This document shows positions 1 to 8,870 of a DNA stretch of 44,299 nucleotides, in pieces. Each line of letters starts with the position of its first letter. Position 1 is the first letter of the stretch. The notes under the pieces are model-generated. The model worked only from the letters and a program-made list of their open reading frames with translations. It was not told the origin of the DNA and did not search any database. The stretch covers positions 1-44,299 of the forward strand of contig JAGGSO010000091.1 in assembly GCA_021159055.1 (NCBI GenBank), in the 5' to 3' direction. Both the position numbers and the translations under genes were made by a program. The stretch comes from Candidatus Bipolaricaulota bacterium (GTDB lineage: Bacteria > Bipolaricaulota > Bipolaricaulia > UBA7950 > UBA9294).

Positions 1-1
1 G

Positions 2-289
2 ATGGTGGCCAAGGGAGGGACGATCGTGGCGAACCGCTCCCTGATCGAGCGGGACCTCGCCCGGAGCGACGTCCGCGCCCATTTCGTCGACGTCCACTCC
101 CTCGCGGAGGAGGCGGGGAGCTCACGCGCGATCAACATGGTCGCGCTCGGGGCCTATCTGAAGGCGACCGGGGTCGTCCCGCTCGAGGTCGTCAAACGGG
201 CGATGGCGCGGATGCTCGAGGAGGGCGGGAAGGGGAGGTTCGTCCCGGCGAATGAGAAGGCGCTCGAGCTGGGGTACGAAGCTGTCTGA
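2..289 (+). CDS. 2-oxoacid:ferredoxin oxidoreductase gamma subunit, C-terminal fragment (5' end outside window)
   Basis: The ORF runs off the left edge. Its tail (RAINMVALGAYLKATGVVPLEVVKRAM...NEKALELGYE) resembles the C-terminus of pyruvate/2-oxoglutarate:ferredoxin oxidoreductase gamma subunits. Recognised from memory, not searched. Confidence 0.6.
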   Translation: MVAKGGTIVANRSLIERDLARSDVRAHFVDVHSLAEEAGSSRAINMVALGAYLKATGVVPLEVVKRAMARMLEEGGKGRFVPANEKALELGYEAV

Positions 290-809
290 GCGAATCGTTT
301 CGCGGGACGAGATCTTCTCCGGGCGGATCGTCCGCCTCGTCGTCGACCGGGTCGAGCTTCCGGACGGGAGCGAGGCGAGTCGCGAGCTCGTGCTCCATCC
401 GGGCGCGGTGGCGATCCTCCCGATCCTCGATGACGGACGGATCATCCTCGTCCGCCAATACCGCCACGCCGTCGGGGCGGAGCTCCTCGAGGTCCCAGCC
501 GGGAAGCTCGATGTCGAAGGGGAGTCACCGCAGGAGTGCGCGGCGCGCGAGCTGCGCGAGGAGACGGGTTACGTCGCCTCCGATTGGGAGGAGATCTGCA
601 CGTTCTACACATCGCCTGGATTCACGAACGAGCGGATCGTCCTGTTCCGCGCCACCGGGTTGCGGCGGGTCGGATCGCCCGCGCCCGGGGAGATCGCGGG
701 GCTCGAGCTCGTCGCACCAGGGGACATTCCAAAGATGATCGCAACCGGTGAGCTCATCGACGGGAAGACGCTCATCGCCTTGAGTTGGCGGAACGGGGTG
801 AATGGATGA
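252..809 (+). CDS. Nudix hydrolase, ADP-ribose pyrophosphatase (NudF)-like
   Basis: Nudix box GKLDVEGESPQECAARELREETGY, preceded by a NudF-like N-terminal beta domain (IFSGRIVRLVVDRVELPDG). ATG 252 overlaps the upstream ORF by 38 nt, and no other canonical start exists before the conserved region. Confidence 0.85.
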   Translation: MRRRSSWGTKLSERIVSRDEIFSGRIVRLVVDRVELPDGSEASRELVLHPGAVAILPILDDGRIILVRQYRHAVGAELLEVPAGKLDVEGESPQECAARELREETGYVASDWEEICTFYTSPGFTNERIVLFRATGLRRVGSPAPGEIAGLELVAPGDIPKMIATGELIDGKTLIALSWRNGVNG

Positions 810-2551
810 ACTCACGTTTCTTCCACTTCGGCGAGGACAACCGCGGTGGCTACCACTTCGATCCGTACGCACTCCCCGAAAACGTCCGTCTCCTCGGAAA
901 CGGCCAGCTCGGGGGGAAGGCACGCGGGCTTCTGTTCGTCATCGATCACCTCCGCCACGGCGGACGGCTCACCGATTACGATCCCCTCATCGGATTTCCT
1001 GACTCGTTCATCATCACCACCGACGTGTACGACGAGTTCATGGAGGAAAACCGGTTGGGAGAATCGGTCCTCGCCCGCTGCGCCGGGGAGATATCGACGG
1101 AGGAGCTACAGGCGCGGATCGTTGCCGCTCATTTCCCGGATGAGGCCCGGGCACGGCTGGCGGAGTTCATCGCTGCGGAGCATAGGCCCCTCGTCGTCCG
1201 CTCGTCATCGGTGATGGAGGACAATCCGAACCACTCGTTCGCCGGGATCTACCTCTCCGAGTTCCTCGGGAACACCGGGTCGGACGCGGATCGGCTTGAA
1301 GCCCTGGTCGGGGCAGTGAAGCGAGTGTACGCCTCCACCTTCGGTCGGAACGCCCGCGCCTACCGAAAGCGCCACGGCCTCCCGTGGGAAAAGGAGAAGA
1401 TGGCGATCCTGGTTCAGAACATGATCGGACGTCACTACCCGCACAGCCTCTTCTATCCACTCATCGGCGGAGTCGCCTTCTCCCTCAACTTCTACCCGTG
1501 GAGCGACCGCCTCCGCCCCGAGGATGGGGTCGTCCGTCTCGTGGTCGGGGTGGGAACCAGGGCCGTCGGCCGCGAGTATGCCCGTGTTTTCTCGCCGGTC
1601 ATGCCCGGCCTGCGACCGGAGGGATCGGATACCAAGGCGATCATTCGCTATTCCCAGGAGACCGTCGACGTCCTCGACATGCAATCCGGTCGACTCGGGC
1701 AGCGGAAGCTGCATCAGCTCGACAATCCCCTCTTAGCTGAAGTCTGCTCGGTCGTCTCCCCGGATGGGACTCTGTACGAGCCGGTCGGTGGGATTGTGGG
1801 GGAGGGGAGGTACGTGGCGACGTTCAACCGGTTCATCGCCCGGGATGACATCTTCCCGTTCACGTCCCTTGTGCGTGAGCTTCTGGCCGGATTGGAGGGA
1901 TTGTTCGAGCTTCCGGTCGACATTGAGTTTGCGGTCGACTTCCCCCTCTCCCGCGCGACCGGAGAGCCGCGGTTCTACCTCCTCCAGGCGCGCCCCCTCG
2001 GCGGGAGGCCGGAGCATCGCCGGGTCCGCATCCCGCAGATCCCGAAGGAGCGGATCCTCCTTTCGTGCGGGAACGTGCTCGGAAACGGAAAGAAACGTGG
2101 GATCAATGATCTGATCTTCGTCGATCCGCGTACCTACGACTACACCCGTGCTGGGGAGGTCGCCCGGCGGGTGGGGGAGATCGATCAGACCTTGAACGGG
2201 GCCCCCTACATCCTGATCGGCCCGGGACGGTGGGGGACGACGAACCCCCAGCTCGGGGTCCCGGTCCAGTACGGGGAGATTGCCGGGGCTGAGGTGATCG
2301 TGGAGATGGCAACGGAATCGTTCGCCCCCGAGCTCTCCTACGGAACGCACTTCTACGCCGACATGGTGGCGAGCGGGGTCCTCTACCTCCCGTTCCGGGA
2401 GGAGGAGGGGGATCAGTTCAACCGGGACCTCCTCTCCCGCCTCCCCGCCGTCGCCTCCGAGGATGGGGTGCTGCACGTGCGCGCGGAGGAGGGGTTCGTG
2501 GTCTATGCCGATGGGGCGGGAAAACGGGGCGTGATCGCACTTTCCCGCTAA
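806..2551 (+). CDS. PEP/pyruvate-binding (PPDK_N ATP-grasp) domain protein without swivel or PEP-utiliser domains
   Basis: ATG 806 overlaps the Nudix stop (ATGA). GGKARGL and VVRSSSVMEDNPNHSFAGIY match the nucleotide-binding domain of PEP synthase/PPDK. The C-terminal ~250 aa show no phosphohistidine swivel motif that I can recognise. Confidence 0.75.
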   Translation: MNSRFFHFGEDNRGGYHFDPYALPENVRLLGNGQLGGKARGLLFVIDHLRHGGRLTDYDPLIGFPDSFIITTDVYDEFMEENRLGESVLARCAGEISTEELQARIVAAHFPDEARARLAEFIAAEHRPLVVRSSSVMEDNPNHSFAGIYLSEFLGNTGSDADRLEALVGAVKRVYASTFGRNARAYRKRHGLPWEKEKMAILVQNMIGRHYPHSLFYPLIGGVAFSLNFYPWSDRLRPEDGVVRLVVGVGTRAVGREYARVFSPVMPGLRPEGSDTKAIIRYSQETVDVLDMQSGRLGQRKLHQLDNPLLAEVCSVVSPDGTLYEPVGGIVGEGRYVATFNRFIARDDIFPFTSLVRELLAGLEGLFELPVDIEFAVDFPLSRATGEPRFYLLQARPLGGRPEHRRVRIPQIPKERILLSCGNVLGNGKKRGINDLIFVDPRTYDYTRAGEVARRVGEIDQTLNGAPYILIGPGRWGTTNPQLGVPVQYGEIAGAEVIVEMATESFAPELSYGTHFYADMVASGVLYLPFREEEGDQFNRDLLSRLPAVASEDGVLHVRAEEGFVVYADGAGKRGVIALSR

Positions 2552-2625
2552 CGAGACAAACGGGCAATTTTCTGGTATGCTAGAGGGAGAAATTCTGTAG
2601 TTATTCGATAAGGGAGGATCGAAGC

Positions 2626-3708
2626 ATGGCGGAGGTAACGCTGAACAAAGTGACGAAACGGTTCGGGGACTTCACCGCGGTGAAGGGGATCGATCTGCAG
2701 GTTGAGGACGGAAAATTCACCGTCTTGGTCGGCCCGTCTGGATGCGGGAAGACGACGACGCTGCGCATGATCGCCGGGCTGGAGGAAGTGACGGAAGGGG
2801 AGATCAAGATCGGGGACCGGGTGGTGAACAACGTCCCGCCCAAGGACCGGGATATCGCGATGGTCTTCCAGAACTACGCCCTCTACCCCCACATGGATGT
2901 GTACAACAACATGGCGTTTGGGCTGAAGCTGCGCAAGGTTCCGAAGGATGAGATCCAACGGCGCGTCCACGCTGCGGCTGAGCTTCTCGGGATCGCGAAC
3001 AAGCTGAAGAGCAAGCCGCGCGAGCTCTCCGGTGGACAGCGCCAGCGGGTCGCAGTTGGACGGGCGATCGTCCGCGACCCGAAGGTGTTCCTGTTCGATG
3101 AGCCGCTTTCCAACCTCGACGCCAAGCTGCGCGTGCAGATGCGCACCGAGCTCGAGCAGCTCCACCACCGCCTCAAGACGACCACGATCTATGTGACGCA
3201 CGATCAGGTGGAAGCGATGACCCTCGGCGACAAGATCGCAGTGATGCGCGACGGGGTGATCCACCAGTATGACTCCCCAAAGCAGACTTACGACCATCCC
3301 GCCGACCGGTTCGTTGCCGGATTCATCGGGAGTCCGGCGATGAACTTCCTGAACGCCCGTGTTGAGTCCGCGGATGGCAAGGTGATGCTGGTCGGAGACG
3401 GGTTCAAGCTGATGGTCCCGGAGGGGCGTCCGACCGATCTCCCACCGAATGTGATCGTTGGAATCCGGCCCGAGGACCTAAACGGCCCGGTTACAGACGG
3501 GAAGGAGGGGGAGCTCCTCGACGCCACAGTTACGGTAACTGAGCAGCTGGGGAGTGAGCTCCTCGTCTACGCCAAATGCGGCGAGACTCCGATCGTGGCC
3601 AACCTCGATCCCCACATCACGATTAATATCGGGGACAAGATCAAGCTCGCCGTCGCCCTGGATCGGATGCACGTCTTCGACCCGGAGACGGATAAGACCT
3701 TCTTCTAA
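2626..3708 (+). CDS. ABC transporter ATP-binding protein, MalK/UgpC/MsiK-type (sugar importer ATPase), orphan
   Basis: Walker [10 protein letters not shown], signature LSGGQRQRV, Walker B LFDEPLS and a C-terminal MalK-type regulatory domain. SD GGGAGG lies upstream. No permease or binding-protein gene is adjacent. Confidence 0.9.
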   Translation: MAEVTLNKVTKRFGDFTAVKGIDLQVEDGKFTVLVGPSGCGKTTTLRMIAGLEEVTEGEIKIGDRVVNNVPPKDRDIAMVFQNYALYPHMDVYNNMAFGLKLRKVPKDEIQRRVHAAAELLGIANKLKSKPRELSGGQRQRVAVGRAIVRDPKVFLFDEPLSNLDAKLRVQMRTELEQLHHRLKTTTIYVTHDQVEAMTLGDKIAVMRDGVIHQYDSPKQTYDHPADRFVAGFIGSPAMNFLNARVESADGKVMLVGDGFKLMVPEGRPTDLPPNVIVGIRPEDLNGPVTDGKEGELLDATVTVTEQLGSELLVYAKCGETPIVANLDPHITINIGDKIKLAVALDRMHVFDPETDKTFF

Positions 3709-3722
3709 ACCAGCGGATAGAA

Positions 3723-3754
3723 CGCCCCAGGCCAGCGGCCTGGGGCGGTTTGTT

Positions 3755-3755
<1 letters not shown>
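3723..3755. terminator. Bidirectional intrinsic terminator between the ABC ATPase gene and tRNA-Arg
   Basis: 11-bp stem CGCCCCAGGCC/GGCCTGGGGCG with a 3-nt loop, followed by GTTTGTTT on the plus strand. It sits between convergent transcription units. Confidence 0.7.
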
Positions 3756-3828
<73 letters not shown>

Positions 3829-3831
3829 ATC

Positions 3832-3924
3832 TGGCGGAGGGGGCGGGATTCGAACCCGCGGAGGAGCTATGCACCCCTCGACGGTTTAGCAAACCGTTGT
3901 CTTGGACCGCTTGACTACCCCTCC
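3832..3924 (-). tRNA. tRNA-Ser (anticodon GCU)
   Basis: Acceptor GGAGGGG/CCCCUCC, anticodon stem ACGGU/ACCGU with loop UU-GCU-AA, long variable arm, T loop UUCGAAU, and an encoded 3' CCA. Only 3 nt separate it from tRNA-Arg. Confidence 0.9.
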
Positions 3925-3935
3925 GAACAGTATTC

Positions 3936-3964
3936 ATTCTACAATCTACGGTCGATCGGTGCAA
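3936..3964 (-). promoter_or_regulatory. Sigma70-type promoter for the tRNA-Ser/tRNA-Arg unit
   Basis: On the minus strand, TTGCAC (3964-3959) - 17 nt - TAGAAT (3941-3936). The -10 ends 11 nt before tRNA-Ser G1. Confidence 0.55.
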
Positions 3965-4147
3965 GGACCAGAGTTGTCTCATCCAGGATGAGCATGAACC
4001 AAGGTGGTATTGTTTCTCGAGCGTGCGGGATCACTGGTATCGCGAACGCGTGCACACATCATAGGAGGCATGTTAGTGAAGCGGTCCGCAGCAAGCTGTG
4101 CGGTATCCAGCGAGGGCTCATGAATAACGTAGTAGAATTCACGTGCA

Positions 4148-5122
4148 ATGGCTGATCGAAGGAATACGCTGACCCTCGTTGTTTACCTTGGGATAGTCTT
4201 GTTCATCATCGTATTCGGGCTCTACACCTCGCGCTACGTGGTCCACCGGCCGTGGACGGCCCGCGATCGGGTCGCTGCGGCGGCGGTGGACGGGGTTTGT
4301 TACGTCATCGGCGGAACAAACCCAGACGGTGAGCTCCTCGATGCGATCCTGGCGATCGACCCGGCGACCCGGCGGGCGAACACCGTCGGTCATCTCTCCA
4401 CCCCCAGGTTCGGAGTCGCAGCGGCAGGTTGCTCCGGAGGGATTTTCGTCCTCGGTGGGGAGGACAGAAGCGGCTACCTCGACGAAATCGTTCGCTTCGA
4501 CCCAAGCACGAAGAAGAGCCAGCTTGTGGGCCGTCTCCCTTCCCCCCGCGCCTTCGGCGCCGCGGCGGCCGTGGCCGGGAGGATCTACTACATCGGTGGC
4601 TGGGACGGGCACAGCCGATTGGACGAGATCGTCGAGTTCAACCCTGCCACCGGGACCGCGGTTGTCATCGGGCACCTCTCTTCGGCGCGCGAGTTCGCGG
4701 CGGTGGCCGCTTCCGGCGATAAGCTCTACGTGATCGGAGGGGAAGACGATTCCACTGCGCCAATCCACGAGATTGTGGATGTCGACCCCGCCACCGGTAA
4801 GATCGTGCGGACCGGAACGCTACCCGAACCCGTCTCCCGCGCTGCCGCGGCGAGCACGGGAAAGGCGATCTACGTCTTCGGTGGCTGGAACAGGGGATCG
4901 AGTGACACCGTCGTCGTTGTCGATCCGACCACGCTTTCCTCCTCTGAGGTGACCACCCTCCCGTTCACAGGAGCCGACCTCGCGGCGGTCGCCTGCTCCG
5001 GGAAAATCTACTTATTCGGGGGAGCCGATCCTAAATTTCACCAGCAAATCAGGATCGTCGAGTTCGACCCCGTGAGTCGGGATATCGTCTACGTGCACTT
5101 GCGTCATTTCCTGTGGTGGTGA
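4148..5122 (+). CDS. Membrane-anchored Kelch-repeat (six-bladed beta-propeller) protein
   Basis: N-terminal TM helix (LTLVVYLGIVLFIIVFGLY) followed by six repeats of the form A..(G)..IYV(I/F)GG......L..I...DP.T. No SD precedes ATG 4148. Confidence 0.8.
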   Translation: MADRRNTLTLVVYLGIVLFIIVFGLYTSRYVVHRPWTARDRVAAAAVDGVCYVIGGTNPDGELLDAILAIDPATRRANTVGHLSTPRFGVAAAGCSGGIFVLGGEDRSGYLDEIVRFDPSTKKSQLVGRLPSPRAFGAAAAVAGRIYYIGGWDGHSRLDEIVEFNPATGTAVVIGHLSSAREFAAVAASGDKLYVIGGEDDSTAPIHEIVDVDPATGKIVRTGTLPEPVSRAAAASTGKAIYVFGGWNRGSSDTVVVVDPTTLSSSEVTTLPFTGADLAAVACSGKIYLFGGADPKFHQQIRIVEFDPVSRDIVYVHLRHFLWW

Positions 5123-5148
5123 GGGTGAGGCGAAGCGGGGGAGCCTGA

Positions 5149-6072
5149 TCATCGCACTGCGGCGTACAGGAGCTCCAGGAACCGGTCGCGCGATGCTTTG
5201 AGCACCACGTCGACGTTCGGAGCGTTCCCGGTGATCCCCAAATGGTCGACTACCACCGCCCCGCGGGTGAGATCCCCCTTTGTCTCGACATCGACGTACA
5301 GGTGCTTGATCTCTGTCGCCACTGCGGGATCTATCGCCACCGCCATCGCGATCGGGTCAGGGAGGTCGAACCCAGGAAGGCCGAGCTTCTCCATCCCGAA
5401 GCGGCGCAGGCACGCCTGGATCGCAACGCAGAACTCCCCGAGCGGGGAGACCCGGCGCAGCTCTTCCGCTGCTGCGTCGTCGAAGGTGGCGTAGCGCTGT
5501 GAGACGTCCCAACCGACCATCGTGATCGGAAGTCCTGATTCGAACACCATCTTCGCCGCCTCGGGATCCACCCAGATGTTGTACTCCGCCGCCGGGACGA
5601 CGTTCCCGTGGCCGAGGCCGATCCCGCCCATGATTACGCATCGGTCCACCATGCCGGCGATCTCAGGGTCACGCGCCAGGGCGATGGCGACGTTCGTCAG
5701 CGGCCCGAGTGTGACCAGAGTGACCTCACCGGGGTAGCAGCGGATCGTGCCGATGATCGCGTCCACTGCGTGCCCAGGTGCGGGCGTCCGTCCAGAGAGC
5801 GGAAGACCGATCTCCCCCATCCCATCCTTTCCGTGCACGAACTGTGCCGTCTCGAGCGGTCGAAGGAGCGGCTTAGCGCAACCGGCATACACCGGGACCT
5901 TCGCCCCGCACCGCTCGACCGTGTACAGGGCGTTCTGCACCCCCTGGTCGCGCGGGACGTTCCCAGCGACCACGGTGATCGCCTCCACCTCGATCTCCGG
6001 GTTTCGGAGCGCCATCACGAGTGCAACCGCGTCGTCGGACGCGGTATCAGTATCGATCAAAAATCGTCGCAT
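5149..6072 (-). CDS. Inosine/uridine-preferring nucleoside hydrolase
   Basis: N-terminal DTDTASDDAVAL (the DXDXXXDD calcium/ribose site) and a length typical of the family. Start chosen at ATG 6072 because GGGAGG lies 4 nt upstream; the ORF extends to 6093. Confidence 0.88.
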   Translation of the reverse strand: MRRFLIDTDTASDDAVALVMALRNPEIEVEAITVVAGNVPRDQGVQNALYTVERCGAKVPVYAGCAKPLLRPLETAQFVHGKDGMGEIGLPLSGRTPAPGHAVDAIIGTIRCYPGEVTLVTLGPLTNVAIALARDPEIAGMVDRCVIMGGIGLGHGNVVPAAEYNIWVDPEAAKMVFESGLPITMVGWDVSQRYATFDDAAAEELRRVSPLGEFCVAIQACLRRFGMEKLGLPGFDLPDPIAMAVAIDPAVATEIKHLYVDVETKGDLTRGAVVVDHLGITGNAPNVDVVLKASRDRFLELLYAAVR

Positions 6073-6360
6073 CAATCCTCCCGTTGGCTGCATCAGCTTC
6101 TACCGATACTAATCGACCGGGAGCCGATAGCCAAGCATAAAATAGGAGCATCGGAGACCCGGCTCACACTCCTGCAACAAGAAAGAGGCGCGGGAGGACG
6201 CGGTGAGGTCGAAAAATAAGCGGTGGGGTTGCGTCCCCAGGGCGCGTGCGTCAACTTGGGTGAGATTGCGGTTCAAAGGATTCTTTCGTACCGTTTCTCG
6301 GTTGACCGGGTCGGTGATCAAAACGGACGCAACACGCGGGCAAAATGAGGTGAATTCGAA

Positions 6361-7485
6361 TTGGAGCGGAGAAAGATCGCGGCAACACAGATTGTGTTCT
6401 GGATAACTGCAGTGGTGCTGGCCGGTCTGCTCGCTTTGCGTATCATCCCAGTGCAGGATTTTTTCGCCGCGGTCGATTGGAGATTGTTGACACTCCTTGG
6501 CTCGTTCATGCTCGTCGCCGAGGGGCTTAAATCGACTGAATTCGTAGAATGGGTCGCCGTCGCGCTCACACGCCGTGCCCATGGACTGGTCGGCTTGTAT
6601 TCCCTCGTGTTGGCAAGTGCGTTCACGCTGGCGATGCTCGTCACAAATGACGCTGCGCTGTTCGCCGTCATCCCGCTTACATTCGCGTTGGCCCGGCGTG
6701 CCCCGCTCAATCTGCGGCGGTTGGTGATCTACGAGATCATGGCGGTGAACCTGGGCAGCGCGTTTACCCCATGGGGCAACCCGCAGAACCTGTTCATCTA
6801 CCACCACTACCAGTTGTTACCGGCCACGTTCTTTCAGGCGAGCGCGCCGTTAGCCGCTGTCAGCTCCATTGTACTTGCCGCATTGATGGTGATAGGACTG
6901 GCGCATGGGAAAAAGGCTATACCCGCCCCATCGTCCGAAGCGGTCACGCCGCCGCAAGTGGCGTGGGGGAAGTCAGCGATCCTGTTGGGCTTGTTCGCGT
7001 TGCTTGTCCTCAGCGTCATGCGATTACTCCCTGTATATATCGCAGCCGGGCTCCTCGTCTTATACATGGCAACAGTGGATCGACCTGGATTTCAGCGACT
7101 CGATTGGTGGCTCCTCGGGGCGTTCTTCCTCCTGTTCCCGACGATGAGCGGGCTGGGAGAGTTGGTCACTCGGGCCCTCGGTGGTGGGATCGCCAGCTCG
7201 CTCGGCGTATACGGAATAGGTATCGGGCTCTCCCAGGTGATCAGCAACGTTCCTGCGGCAATGCTGCTCTCGCACACTACCGCCGATTGGCGCAGCTTGT
7301 TCTACGGAGTGAACATCGGCGGCCTGGGTACGATGGTCGCTTCGTTCGCCAACCTGATCGGGTTGAGCCTCTATCTCAACGGATCACGGCGGGAGAGTGC
7401 CCTGGCGTTCATCGGAGAGGCACTGGGGTGGAATGCGCTTGCGTTAGTGGTTCTAGGCGGGGTCTTCATGTTGTTCGTTTGGTAG
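6361..7485 (+). CDS. ArsB/NhaD-superfamily anion permease (YbiR-like)
   Basis: Polytopic membrane protein with a FTPWGNPQNLFIY motif typical of ArsB/NhaD/citrate-transporter permeases. The TTG start at 6361 is uncertain. Confidence 0.6.
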   Translation: MERRKIAATQIVFWITAVVLAGLLALRIIPVQDFFAAVDWRLLTLLGSFMLVAEGLKSTEFVEWVAVALTRRAHGLVGLYSLVLASAFTLAMLVTNDAALFAVIPLTFALARRAPLNLRRLVIYEIMAVNLGSAFTPWGNPQNLFIYHHYQLLPATFFQASAPLAAVSSIVLAALMVIGLAHGKKAIPAPSSEAVTPPQVAWGKSAILLGLFALLVLSVMRLLPVYIAAGLLVLYMATVDRPGFQRLDWWLLGAFFLLFPTMSGLGELVTRALGGGIASSLGVYGIGIGLSQVISNVPAAMLLSHTTADWRSLFYGVNIGGLGTMVASFANLIGLSLYLNGSRRESALAFIGEALGWNALALVVLGGVFMLFVW

Positions 7486-7556
7486 AGGCTCCGGTTGCGT
7501 TCTCCGTCATCCCTTCGGTACCATCTGTGCGCAACTCAGCGTAAGAGGGAGGAACC

Positions 7557-8870
7557 ATGATCGAACGTCGTTTCACCCGCATTCAGACCGAGCTTCCCGG
7601 ACCGAAATCGGCCGCGGTTCTGGAGAAGAAGGCGAAGTACGTGGCCGCACCGCTTGAGACATACGCCCCGTTTGTCATCAAGGAGAGCAAAGGGGCACTG
7701 GTCGAGGACCTTGACGGAAACAGGTTCATCGATTTCTCCGGCGGCTGGGGGTGCCTGAACGTGGGACAGCGCAACGACCACGTCGTCGCCGCGCTGCACG
7801 ATCAGCTCGATCGGTTTCTGCACACCGACTTCACCGCCGTCCCCTATGCCCCGCTCGTCGAGCTCGCCGAGCTGCTGGTGGCCCACACCCCGATCCCGGG
7901 GGAGCTGAAGGCGGCGTTCTTCAACTCCGGGGCCGAGGCGGTGGAGAACGCGGTCAAGATCGCGCGCGCCTACACGAGGCGCAAGGCGGTTCTTGTGTTC
8001 GACAACGCGTTTCATGGCCGGACGCTGCTCGCGATGACGATGACCCACAAGGCGAACCCGTACAAGATGGGATTCGGGCCGTTCGCTCCCGAGGTGTACC
8101 GCCTTCCCTATCCCTACACCTACCGCAACGACGTCACCGCCCAGGATATCGAGGATCGCCTCCTGTCCCTGGTCGACCCGTCCGACGTGGCGGCGATGGT
8201 CGTCGAGCCGGTGATGGGGGAGGGTGGATTCCTCGTCCCGCCGGATTGGTTCCTCCCGGCGATGCGGGGATTGGCCGACAAGTACGGGTTCGTCCTCGTG
8301 TTCGACGAGGTGCAGTCCGGGATCGGCCGGACCGGCAAGTTCTTCGCGTTTGAGCACTTCAATGTAACTCCTGACCTGATCTGCGTTGCCAAGTCGCTCG
8401 GTGCCGGGTTGCCGCTCTCCGGGGTGATCGGCAAGGCGGAGATCATGGACGCGCCGGTGGCAAGCGGGATCGGTGGGACATACGCCGGAAATCCGCTCGC
8501 CTGCCGGGCGGCGATCGAGGTGATTAAGGCGATCGATTCCGCGAACCTGCTCGACCGTGCTGTACACGTGGGAACCAGGATCAAGGAGCACTTCCGCCGC
8601 CTGCAGGAGCGCTACGATGTAGTCGGCGACGTGCGTGGGCTGGGAGCGATGGTCGGGATGGAACTGGTCGAGGACCGCAAGACCAAGAAGCCGGCCAAGG
8701 CACTCACCAGTAAGATCACGCAGCACGCCCTGCATAACGGGGCGATATTCCCGACAGCCGGGCTATACGGGAACGTGATCCGCGTCCTCGTGTCGCTTGT
8801 GATCACCGACGAGCAGATCGACGAGGGAATGGAGATCCTCGCCGAGGCGTTCGCCGCTAATCTTGATTAG
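7557..8870 (+). CDS. gabT: Class III PLP aminotransferase, 4-aminobutyrate aminotransferase-like
   Basis: N-terminus IQTELPGPKSAAVLEKKAKYV and the PLP-lysine region FDEVQSGIGRTGKFFAFEHFNVTPDLICVAKSLGAGLPLSG. SD GGGAGG lies upstream. Confidence 0.8.
   Translation: MIERRFTRIQTELPGPKSAAVLEKKAKYVAAPLETYAPFVIKESKGALVEDLDGNRFIDFSGGWGCLNVGQRNDHVVAALHDQLDRFLHTDFTAVPYAPLVELAELLVAHTPIPGELKAAFFNSGAEAVENAVKIARAYTRRKAVLVFDNAFHGRTLLAMTMTHKANPYKMGFGPFAPEVYRLPYPYTYRNDVTAQDIEDRLLSLVDPSDVAAMVVEPVMGEGGFLVPPDWFLPAMRGLADKYGFVLVFDEVQSGIGRTGKFFAFEHFNVTPDLICVAKSLGAGLPLSGVIGKAEIMDAPVASGIGGTYAGNPLACRAAIEVIKAIDSANLLDRAVHVGTRIKEHFRRLQERYDVVGDVRGLGAMVGMELVEDRKTKKPAKALTSKITQHALHNGAIFPTAGLYGNVIRVLVSLVITDEQIDEGMEILAEAFAANLD

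Noticed and set aside
3925-4147. tRNA-adjacent lower-GC spacer as a genomic-island integration site
   Set aside because: There is no integrase, no direct repeat of the tRNA 3' end, and no mobile gene nearby. The downstream genes have core-like composition.
6094-6360. 267-nt divergent intergenic region between the nucleoside hydrolase and the permease, examined for a riboswitch or sRNA
   Set aside because: Only short hairpins are present (e.g. GGGGttgcgtCCCC). No motif I recognise was found, and no convincing consensus promoter could be placed. It is left unannotated.
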